A DNA stretch of 64,000 bases from Solirubrobacteraceae bacterium (lineage in GTDB: Bacteria > Actinomycetota > Thermoleophilia > Solirubrobacterales > Solirubrobacteraceae), in contig JAVKSP010000001.1 of assembly GCA_039583645.1 (NCBI GenBank), positions 12,360-76,359 of the forward strand. The letters are read 5' to 3'. The notes beneath the pieces are model-generated. The model was given only the letters and a program-made list of their open reading frames with translations, did not search any database and was not told the DNA's origin. Each line of letters begins with the position of its first letter. Position 1 is the first letter of the stretch. Below are positions 47,258 to 55,601 of this stretch, one piece after another. Made by a program: the position numbers and the translations under genes.

Positions 47258-47989
47258 TCAGTGATGCTCGAAGATCGTCTTGAACGACTCGTCAGCTGCC
47301 GCCAATTTGGTCGTCTTGATCAGCAGCGTGGAGTTGCGGTAGCGGTCATAGCGGGTACTACTGGCGGCTAGGGGTTGGCCGTTTACCGTCGACGCGGAGA
47401 ACTTGATCGTGCCGAAGTCCGGCACCGACGTCGTGCCGACCAGGCCGATGAAGTAGGGACCTCCTTTGAAGGATCCGGCTTGGGTGTATGTCGACTTCAC
47501 GCTCTTATGGGTCATGTCTTGGACGGAGGCGGTGTGTTTGTGCGCTGTGATGTCCTCGGTGATGACGACCTTGTCACCTGGGTGCGCCTGAAGTGAGGAT
47601 CGTCCTGTGGTGGTCCACGGGTAGTAGCGGGCCTTGCCCCTGACGCATTCGATTAACAGTCCCGCTTGGTCAAAGTCCGAGTTGCCCTGATCGGTGAACC
47701 AAAGCTGGACCTCGGCGGAGACCGCTTGCTTCTTGGTGGCGCAGTTTTTGATCTTCGGCACGACGATCGTCGTGGTTTCCGATACGCGCGCGACCCAATG
47801 CGAGGACTCCGGGCTGTAGCCCGCCAGCGAGGAGCTCGTCTGGGGCGTTGAGCCGAAACGGGCCGCCGGTATAGCGCCGCCGCCTTTCGCATTAGCGGGG
47901 CTGACAGAGGACCCTAACGCGGGCACCGCCAGTGCAAGCAACGCTGTGAGCACGAGCACCGCGCACGAACTGCCCCGACGAATGGACAT
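47258..47989 (-). CDS. Secreted peptidase G1-like protein, possibly inactive
   Basis: GGAGGA SD; IVVPKIKNC, DQAG, HPGDKV, VPDFGTIKF; lacks the EWIxE segment. Confidence 0.68.
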   Translation of the reverse strand: MSIRRGSSCAVLVLTALLALAVPALGSSVSPANAKGGGAIPAARFGSTPQTSSSLAGYSPESSHWVARVSETTTIVVPKIKNCATKKQAVSAEVQLWFTDQGNSDFDQAGLLIECVRGKARYYPWTTTGRSSLQAHPGDKVVITEDITAHKHTASVQDMTHKSVKSTYTQAGSFKGGPYFIGLVGTTSVPDFGTIKFSASTVNGQPLAASSTRYDRYRNSTLLIKTTKLAAADESFKTIFEHH

Positions 47990-48261
47990 CTGCGTCCTCC
48001 TTATCACCGCTGCACCCCCAAAGTTAGCCCGATCGGGAAGCTAACGATACCCGCGTCCCGCGGCTCGCCGCGGCGGGCACCGCAAACATAGTAAGGGCCG
48101 CTCGCGATGATTCCGAATGGCGACTAATCACCGCCACCCACAACCTCACCAAACTCCACAAACACCAGCTCGCCGCAGCCGCCTAACCCGAAACGGCCGG
48201 CCCGTGGTGCTTCAACCGACAAACCATCGGTATTGACCGCCCGCCCGCGAGTTACGCGACA

Positions 48262-48421
48262 GCCTCCGACGACGGCAGGCGTCACCGGCCGAGCGAGAAG
48301 CTGCGCCCGTCGTGAGAGCGTGGCATGAGGCGCCCACTCGGGTGAGCCAAGGCTGTCGAGATCGTTCCAGACCAGCAGTCTCGCGTTGGCCGGATCGAGG
48401 CGAGGACGCCGCTGAAAGTAG
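48262..48421 (-). repeat. Long leader block (L), copy 3 of 3, followed by an A-like box at 48246-48260
   Basis: TCAGCGGCGTCCTCGCCTCGATCCGGCCAACGCGAGACTGC...CATGCCAC; no clear B at the expected distance. Confidence 0.82.
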
Positions 48422-48674
48422 CCCAAACGAGAAGCGTAAACCGGCAATGACGGGCGCTGGCGCGACGCGAGCGCGGCGAGCCCGCGAAGCTGATCGTCGG
48501 GCGGTTCAAACGGTGTAATGATTTCGCTGCGGCCCGCAATCATGCCCACTCGCTCGCGACCGGCGAAACGTGCGGGCATATGCGCGGGAGCACGGGGACG
48601 CACCCCTGCGCTCCTACGCGCCCGTCGAGGTTCTTAAGCGCTGCCCGGGAGACCGGCCGGGCCCAAGCGTGCCG

Positions 48675-48881
48675 CTAGCCGCTCCCACCTAGTTCTTCTT
48701 CCGGTGGCGGCGTAGGATCGTCAACCGTCCACGTGTTGTCCTCTAGGTCGGGATGGCGGACGAGTTCAGCGTGGCACTGCGGGCAGGTTGAGCGTTGGTT
48801 CCGCGCATGATGCTGGCCGATTGTGTAGGTCCCCGTATCGAGAACCCGCTCCCCGCACTGAGGACACCAGAGGCCTGCCAT
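48675..48881 (-). CDS. Small zinc-ribbon protein
   Basis: WCPQCG and TCPQCH (two CxxC) in 68 aa. Confidence 0.65.
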   Translation of the reverse strand: MAGLWCPQCGERVLDTGTYTIGQHHARNQRSTCPQCHAELVRHPDLEDNTWTVDDPTPPPEEELGGSG

Positions 48882-49230
48882 GCGTCGGAATGTACTACCG
48901 GGACCTACTCACGACCCAAGCGTCCGGGCGAGTTGCCACGGGTCTAGCTCGACCGTCCAGCGCGGTGCGGGCCACTGTTCGTGGGCTCACTCGAGGAAGT
49001 TCAGGCCAGCGTCCAGCGTGACCGTGCGGTGTCCCTGGCGGATCACGGGGCAAGCGCGGTGTCTCTCGCTCTCAGGTGGGTCGACGCCGGACAAGCGACC
49101 TCACGATTGCTGCTTTGATCGACCACCACCAGTCTTAGGGAGGCCCCTGCATTTGGGGAATAGGGACAGTCAGCAACCCAGACTGAGAAAGGCATGCCGT
49201 GGTCGGCCAGCGTGACCTCGGACGCTTGCT

Positions 49231-49440
49231 GATAGGGCAAGCTTGGTATTGCCTCGACCGCCGCCGGGGGAGGGCCTCGCTTGCTTGCCCTTGTTCGAGG
49301 GCCATGGAAAGACCGGCCCCTCCCGGCGGTGGTGAGGTGCCGCGAGCGGCGACAGGACGTAGCCCCACTTGAGGGCCTTGTCTATCAGCACCCGCAACGG
49401 TACCTCCGGGTCGGGGCGCTGTCGAATGGTCCGATTGTGG
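49231..49440 (+). ncRNA. Predicted IS110 bridge RNA with target-binding and donor-binding loops
   Basis: Target loop: CGCTTGCT (49278-49285) and GGAAAG (49306-49311) between GGGAGGGCC/GGCCCCTCCC and CCCT/AGGG stems. Donor loop: ACAGGACGT (49352-49360) and CTATCAG (49382-49388). RNA ends are approximate. Confidence 0.8.
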
Positions 49441-49451
49441 GGAGGTAAGTG

Positions 49452-50765
49452 ATGGGCAATTGCGCGGGGATCGACTGGGCCTCGGAGAAGCACGAGGTAC
49501 TGATCGAGGACCCGGCCGGCGAGGAGCTGCTGGCAGGGACGTTCGCGCACGATGAGGATGGCGTGAGCGCGTTGTGCGGGGCGTTGGCGTGCTTTGACGT
49601 TGAGCTGGTGGCGATCGAGCGGCCGGATGGCCTGTTGGTCGACCGGCTGTTGGAAGCGGGGGTGCGGGTGCTGGCGCTGCATCCCAACCAGGTCAAGGCG
49701 GCGCGCGATCGCTTCCGCGCCTCGGGCGGGAAGTCCGATCAGTTCGACCGGTTCGTGCTGTGCGAGCTGGCGCGCACCGACAACCACCGCTTCCGGGTAC
49801 TGGAGCCCGACTCCGATCAGACCAAGGCGCTGCGAGCGCTGGTCAGAGCCCGGGAGGATCTGGTCGGCGCGCGGGTGGCGCTGGCCAACCAGCTACGCGC
49901 CGAGCTTGGCCGGTTCTGGCCGGGCCCGGTCGGCCTGTTCTCGGCGATCGATAGCCCGGTCTCGCTCGCGTTCCTGGCCCGCTATCCCAGCCCGGCCGAC
50001 GCGCGGGGACTAGGTCACAAGCGCATGGCCGCGTTCTTGAAGGCCCAGCACTACTGCAGCCACAAGACTGCCGGGCAGCTGCTTGAGCGACTGCGCTCGG
50101 CTCCGACCGGGCGCGCCGGCGAAGTGGAGACTCGCGCCCGACGCTCGGTCGTGGTGCGCCTGGTCGCCACGCTGCAGATCATGGTCACGCAGATCGCAGA
50201 GCTCGAGTCAGAGATCTCCCAAGCGCTCGACGCCCATCCCGACGGGGAGATCTTCCGCAGCTTCTTCCGCAGCCGCGACTCGGTGATCTGCGCCGCCACG
50301 CTGCTGGCAGAGATCGGCGACTGCCGCGCCCGGTATCCACACCGCGACGCGATCGCCGCCGACGGCGGCCAGGCCCCCGTCGCCAAGGAGTCCGGCAAAC
50401 GCAAGCACGCGCAGTTCCGCTGGGCGTGCAACAAGCGCCTGCGCAACGCGCTCTCGACCCTCGCCCAAAGCACCCGCATGTGGAACCCATGGGCCGCTGC
50501 CCGCTATGCCGCGGCCAGAGCCCGGGGGCACAACCACCGCCGCGCATTACGCACCCTAGGCCGTGCCTGGAGCCGCATCATCTGGCGCTGCTGGCACAAC
50601 CGCACCCCGTATGACCCGCAGCGCCACACCGGGCTGCAACAACACATCACCGTCACCATCCCCACCCCGTCGGGCCCCCGGCCCGACCTCACCGCCACCC
50701 AGCGAATGGCAGGCGCGGACGTCACCTCAACGGTGGCCCGGAGGGCCGAGCGCGCCAGCGCTTGA
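49452..50765 (+). CDS. IS110 family DEDD recombinase/transposase
   Basis: GIDWAS, VAIER, KSDQFD (RuvC-like DEDD), ATLLAEIG, APVAKESGK; GGGAGGT SD. Confidence 0.95.
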   Translation: MGNCAGIDWASEKHEVLIEDPAGEELLAGTFAHDEDGVSALCGALACFDVELVAIERPDGLLVDRLLEAGVRVLALHPNQVKAARDRFRASGGKSDQFDRFVLCELARTDNHRFRVLEPDSDQTKALRALVRAREDLVGARVALANQLRAELGRFWPGPVGLFSAIDSPVSLAFLARYPSPADARGLGHKRMAAFLKAQHYCSHKTAGQLLERLRSAPTGRAGEVETRARRSVVVRLVATLQIMVTQIAELESEISQALDAHPDGEIFRSFFRSRDSVICAATLLAEIGDCRARYPHRDAIAADGGQAPVAKESGKRKHAQFRWACNKRLRNALSTLAQSTRMWNPWAAARYAAARARGHNHRRALRTLGRAWSRIIWRCWHNRTPYDPQRHTGLQQHITVTIPTPSGPRPDLTATQRMAGADVTSTVARRAERASA

Positions 50766-50910
50766 CGGCAAGCCGCCAGTCGCTAAACACCCCCGACCTT
50801 GACACAGGACGTCTTTCCGCGCACGCGCGAGCGATGCGGTCCTGCCGACAATCGGCGCAGCTCTTGCCATGGTCGCGGCGGGCACGCCCGCAAGGTGGAC
50901 GACCGCGACC

Positions 50911-51201
50911 TCAGGCAACCCCCTCGACGGCAACCATGTTGAGACGCGCGGCGCCCTCACGGAGGCGCTTGGCCTCCTCGTAATCCGGTGAGGCGTAGAA
51001 CCGCTTGGCGGCGTCGAGGTTCTTGAACTCAAGCACCACAAGCCGACGAGGGTTCCAATCGCCCTCGAGTACGGCAATCTCGCCGCCCCGGACTACGAAC
51101 CTGCCTCCCCCGGCCGCGACGGCGCCCGGAGAAGCCGCCTTGTAGTGCTCGTACTGGTCGGGGTCGTGGATGTCGGTCTCGACGATGATAAATGCGGACA
51201 T
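50911..51201 (-). CDS. DUF1330 domain protein
   Basis: AYIIV-type start, GGRFVVRGG..LEG.W.P.RLVVLEF.....FYASPDY. Confidence 0.9.
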   Translation of the reverse strand: MSAFIIVETDIHDPDQYEHYKAASPGAVAAGGGRFVVRGGEIAVLEGDWNPRRLVVLEFKNLDAAKRFYASPDYEEAKRLREGAARLNMVAVEGVA

Positions 51202-51241
51202 ATGCGCTCCTATGGGCGGGGTCGAGAGATCTTCTGATCAT

Positions 51242-51294
51242 GCCGCCTGCTTTCACAAAGAGCGCCCGCCTGGAGGTCGCTTTCGCAATGCGAC
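51242..51294 (-). repeat. Bipartite A-26-B element
   Basis: A=GTCGCATTGCGAAAG, 26-bp spacer, B=AAAGCAGGCGGC. Confidence 0.7.
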
Positions 51295-51406
51295 GTATCC
51301 GCCTTGACGGGCATGGCGCCTTCTCGTTTCGCCCGATGGAGCTCGGCGGTCTCTCGTTCTTGGACGAACTCGACGGGGTCGTGGCCGCCGTCCGTGCTGG
51401 TCGCCG

Positions 51407-52341
51407 ATGAACCCTGAGGAGAGGATCTGGGTCGCGCTGCGGGGTGCGCTCGTGACGCGCGCGCTCGCCCTGGCCGCCGACCTGCGCGTTGCGCAGGCGC
51501 TGGCGGCCGGCCCGCGGAGCATTCACGAGCTCGCGCGCCGGTGCGGCGCCGACAGCGACACGCTGTACCGGGTGCTGCGAGCGCTCGCGAGCGATGGCAT
51601 CTTCGAGGAGGCCGAGCCGGGCATTTTTGGCAACAGCGCCGCCTCGCAGGTGCTGGCGCGCGACGGCTGGGATGACTTCGCCCACCTTTTCGGCGGCGTC
51701 TGGCTGCGAGCGGTCGCGGCGCTAGACGCGAGCGGCGAGCCGTCGTTCCCGCGCATCCACGGCAGCGAGCTCTGGGCGTGGTTCGCGGCGCACCCGCACG
51801 AGCGCGCCGCCTTCGATCGTGCGATGGCGCAGGGCTGGCAGAACCGCCTCGAGCGGCTCGAGAGCGTCGAGTGGCGCGGCGATGAGCTGGTCGTCGACGT
51901 CGGCGGTGACAACGGCTCGCTGCTTCTCGCGCTGCTGCAGCGTCACCCGCGGATGCGCGGCGTCGTCTTCGACCTGCCCGAGACGGTGCGCGACGAGGAG
52001 GCGCTCGGCGACCGCTGTGAGTTCGCCGAGGGCAGCTTCTTCGAGTCGGTGCCGCAGGGCGACGCCCACCTGCTCTCGACGATCCTCCACGACTGGGACG
52101 ACCGCTCGGCACGGCGGATTCTGGAGACGGTCCGTGCGGCGGCGGGTGAGCGGCTGATCGTGCTGGAAACGTGATCGAGCCCGGCAACGCCCCCGACGAC
52201 GGGAAATGGCTGGACCTGCTGATGCTCGCGCTCGCCGGCGGACGCGAACGCACGGAGGAGCAGTGGCGGGCGCTGCTCGGCGACACGGGCTGGCAGCCGA
52301 CGCGCATCGGCCGAGGGGTGATCGAGGCTCAGCCGGCGTAG
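51407..52341 (+). pseudogene. O-methyltransferase (dimerisation plus SAM domain), apparent 1-nt deletion near 52170
   Basis: LYRVLRALAS.GIF, VVDVGG, VFDLP, GSFF, ILHDWDD; the C-terminus VIEPGN...KWLDLLML..GGRERT is in the adjacent frame. Confidence 0.82.
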
Positions 52342-52680
52342 CGCCAGTGCGCGGGAACCGCGACGCTCGCTTTTGCAGACCCAGCGACTACGAAGCGGAC
52401 ATTGAAATGACTCTTGTTTTGACCGTCCGGGTTTATCCGCCGGCGATAGGCGGTTGCAAATCAACTGCCAGGGTTCTGCGACGGTGTTCTCCGGGTAGCG
52501 GTATGGATGAGGACCCCCGGTACGCGGCCTTCCTGTGCCCCTTGGAGGGTCACGTAGACGGCAGCCCCAGGCACGAAGCCTGAGCCTCCCCGACACACCG
52601 GGGGTCCACTCGCCTCGTCGCCTGGACCGGCGCTCGCGCTCGTAGGCTGCGGCTTCCGCTCTCCGTACGCAGAAAGCACG

Positions 52681-52732
52681 ACGCCCGCTTTCGTCGGCCA
52701 CACACCCACCGAGCTGGCGCTCGCCTTGCGAC
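52681..52732 (-). repeat. Bipartite A-26-B element
   Basis: A=GTCGCAAGGCGAGCG begins 12 nt after the AlkZ-like stop; 26-bp spacer; B=AAAGCGGGCGT. Confidence 0.85.
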
Positions 52733-52744
52733 GAGGGAGGGCGT

Positions 52745-53812
52745 CTACACGCCCGTGACGTGGACCTTTCGTGCCTCCGGCACCAGCCACCGTCCCAGCC
52801 GTCGCGCCTCGGCCCCCATCCGGTCGCGCGCCTTGTGCGCCAGTTCAAGGTGTGCGGTGATCTCGATCTCGACCGGGTCGCCTGCGCGCCGCCAAAGCCA
52901 GCTGGCGACGATCCGGCCATCGACCGTGACCGTCTGGTCGCCGGCGAGCCCCAGCTTCAGCGCTTGGATCTCCGGGGCCATGATCCGGTCACGGTCGGCG
53001 TGGGCGAGCGTTGCCTGGTCCCAGCGCGAGAGAAACCGCACCGGCATCCGAGTCGACGCGGGCGGCAGCGGGAGGTTGGGCAGGTCGAGGAGCTCGACGC
53101 CCTTCTCGTCGCGGAAGCAGACAGTCGACACGCGCGCCAGCGCCTGAGCGAAGTCGGCTTGGGGTACGCCGGCCCACGCCGCGATGTCACGCCGGCTGGC
53201 GGGCCCGAAGGCCGCCAAGTAGCGCTTGAGCGCGATCGTTGCGGCGTCAGCGGGGCTCGGCAACGGCCGCGGATCGACGCCGAACCGCGGCCGGCGGCGA
53301 TCGTCCCACGCGCCGGCCGGCGGCAGCTGCACTAGCGGCAAGAGGGTGCGGGCGAACATGATCGGTCCATAGTCGGTGTCGGGGACGCCGTCGTAGCGCT
53401 GCACGCGCTCGCGAATCTCGTCATTGGCCCGCGCCTTGGCCTCGAACCATCCCTCCAGCTCGGCGGTGACCTGCGCGAGGTCAAGCTGCGCGTGGGCCTT
53501 GTGCAGCCGGCGGAGCCGCGGCTGCCTGGCGAGCTGGTGATACGCCGGGTACTCGTCCGCCGCCGTGATGTGCAGGGTCGTTCGCATCAGCGTCGACTTA
53601 ACTGCCTTACGTGCATGGAGCGCCACCTCGAGCTGATCACGGGTGAAGCCCGCGAGCCGTGCCGCGAGCGCGATGTATGGCGCCCGCGGCTCCTGGCCCT
53701 GCAGCGGAGTGAGCCGGCGGAGCGCCTCGACCGGATCGAGCCGCTGACGGTCGAGCAACATCTGCCTGGCCGCGAGCGCGGCCGTAAGTTCGCGCCGCGT
53801 GAGAGTACGCAT
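52745..53812 (-). CDS. AlkZ/YcaQ-family (HTH_42) DNA glycosylase-like protein
   Basis: RQMLL, PLQGQ (QxQ), LMRTTLH, RYLAAFGPASRRDIAAWAG, FLSRWD. Confidence 0.88.
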   Translation of the reverse strand: MRTLTRRELTAALAARQMLLDRQRLDPVEALRRLTPLQGQEPRAPYIALAARLAGFTRDQLEVALHARKAVKSTLMRTTLHITAADEYPAYHQLARQPRLRRLHKAHAQLDLAQVTAELEGWFEAKARANDEIRERVQRYDGVPDTDYGPIMFARTLLPLVQLPPAGAWDDRRRPRFGVDPRPLPSPADAATIALKRYLAAFGPASRRDIAAWAGVPQADFAQALARVSTVCFRDEKGVELLDLPNLPLPPASTRMPVRFLSRWDQATLAHADRDRIMAPEIQALKLGLAGDQTVTVDGRIVASWLWRRAGDPVEIEITAHLELAHKARDRMGAEARRLGRWLVPEARKVHVTGV

Positions 53813-53836
53813 GCCTGCAATTTGCCACCCCGCTCA

Positions 53837-53890
53837 GGACGCTCGCTTCCACGGCTCGCGACAGCCGTCGCCTTACGCCTGCTTCGCGAC
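53837..53890 (-). repeat. Bipartite A-26-B element
   Basis: A=GTCGCGAAGCAGGCG, 26-bp spacer, B=GAAGCGAGCGTCC. Confidence 0.85.
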
Positions 53891-54056
53891 GGACGCGATC
53901 GCCAGCCACAGCGCCGCACGGGTGAGCGCTTCGGCGACGAGGCGAGCGCCCGCGAGCTGAGGCTTATCCGGCCGCTTTCACTGCCAACGGCTTGGCTGAT
54001 GTCTACGTCGGTGGTAGGCACCTCGCGCTGCGCCGGAGCCCCACCGTTGAGTCGTC

Positions 54057-54460
54057 TCAGGCCCAGCCGAGCTGCTTCAGTGTGATGCCCGAGTTCCAAA
54101 TCTTGGTCATGTGGCGAATCCGGTCGCCCTCAAAGTCCATCACGTACACGTAGTCCGCCTGAGCGCTTTTGCCGGTCGGTGGGACCGGCCCGCCTTCGCC
54201 GGTGTGGGTGCTGGAGAACACGGCGTACGCCATTACGCTGTTCCGCTCCTCGTCGACCGCGAACGACTTCAGGTCGTAACGGCCGTCGGGGAGCAACGAC
54301 AGGAGGCGCTTTATCCAATTGGTGTACTGCTCCAAGGTGTGGACGTCCTCGAGGGGCTCGGCCTGCGCCGAAAAGGTGGCATCGGGAGCGCAGAACTGCT
54401 GGCACACCTCCCGGCCCTTGCCGTCTCGCATGCGTCGAAAAAGGCTCGCGCGATGGCCAG
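54057..54460 (-). pseudogene. SnoaL-like (ester cyclase) protein, frameshifted near 54422, no clear start
   Basis: AIARAFFDACET continues as GKGREVCQQFC in another frame; THTGEGGPVPPTGK, YVYVMDF, TKIWN. Confidence 0.72.
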
Positions 54461-54487
54461 TATGTGCTGGCGCCAGCTTCTACTCGA

Positions 54488-55264
54488 CTAGATCCCCGCC
54501 GTGACGTGGGCGTACGGGCCACTGCCGACGGCGATGGACCCCGAGAACGGGTATTGAAGAACCAAGGCGGTGAACAACCCGACACCTACGATCACCGCGA
54601 CACCCACCACAAGCGCTATGTCGACACCCGGGCGGTGAGCCTTGATCAGTAGCGAGGTGCCAAGCAGCACTGCGCCTGAAAGGACTATCAGCGCGAGTAG
54701 TGGTGCCGGGATAGATGTCTCTGCGGCCTCCACTCGTTTTTGCCGCGCGCCTGCGACGGCGTTCAGCTGGTCGGCGACCGAGCCGTAGAACGCGCGCTGT
54801 GCCTCGGTCACCGGCGAATAGCCCTGCACCGCGGAAAAAATGAGCGCCATACGACTTCGCGCTTCGGGATCCTCGCGCCCTTTCCTCAGCAGCGCGAACT
54901 CCCGGTTCCGGACTTCGTTCGCATAAGCCGCGACCGCACGGTCAATCCGCCCCCGCTCCGCTGACGGGAACACCTCCGCGTCCCGCACAAGCGTGCTGAG
55001 CGAGTTCGCCTCCGCGCTGACGCTCCCGACGGCGCTTTCAAACCCGCTGTACAGGTTGACGACTACGAACGCGAGAACGAGCGCGAACATCGTCATCGCC
55101 ATCTGGGCGACACCGACAACCTGCTCCGCCGAGTGGGCCGCTCGCCACCCCGGCAAAAACCGGCGCATCAACCACCATCCCAGCAACGCGATGGCGACCG
55201 ATACCACGATAAAGATCGGGCCGATCGCCCAGTCCGAGAGATGGTTCAAAAGGCTTCTCGCCAT
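54488..55264 (-). CDS. DUF4239-like (bestrophin-like) membrane protein
   Basis: FALVLAFVVVNLY, V..EANSL, YA..V...E, R..R, LQYPFSGSIAV. Confidence 0.78.
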   Translation of the reverse strand: MARSLLNHLSDWAIGPIFIVVSVAIALLGWWLMRRFLPGWRAAHSAEQVVGVAQMAMTMFALVLAFVVVNLYSGFESAVGSVSAEANSLSTLVRDAEVFPSAERGRIDRAVAAYANEVRNREFALLRKGREDPEARSRMALIFSAVQGYSPVTEAQRAFYGSVADQLNAVAGARQKRVEAAETSIPAPLLALIVLSGAVLLGTSLLIKAHRPGVDIALVVGVAVIVGVGLFTALVLQYPFSGSIAVGSGPYAHVTAGI

Positions 55265-55601
55265 ACGGCACGATTCTCCCCGACTGCATCGCACCATGCT
55301 CGAGAGGAATTCCCACCCGCCACTTTGCGGCCCTGCCAGCTCTTGCCTGAGGACCTTCGTACCTCAAGCTCGCCGAAGACCGCGGGCTTACTTGTCCCAG
55401 GCGGACCTTTCCCGGGACCCATTCACAATCGCGCACGCATCTCGAGGTCGCCGACACGCTCGGGCGACGAGGCGCGCACCGGGTCGCTGAGGCCCGGACG
55501 AGCGCTATCGCGAGAAACGAGTAGCCGGCCCCGCGGCAATCCGGCGGCTGCTTCGCGTCGAACGCGATCGCCAGCCGCAGCGCCGCTCGAGTGAGCGGAA
55601 G

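Larger units (their letters stand above)
49229..50814 (+). mobile_element. IS110-family element inserted at a CT core inside Box B of a repeat element
   Basis: CT at both ends (49229-49230 and 50813-50814), no terminal inverted repeats; excision restores CGGACGCTTGCTTTCCGCGCACGCGC, identical to the reverse complement of 39222-39247. Confidence 0.9.

Noticed and set aside
51192-51410. 72-aa ORF upstream of the O-methyltransferase
   Set aside because: It reads through an A-26-B element and shows no protein motif.
55486-55520. Hammerhead-like CTGA...GACGAG...GAAAC (also near 33172-33195)
   Set aside because: The CUGANGA core and stem II closing pair are not satisfied; better explained as a degenerate Box B.
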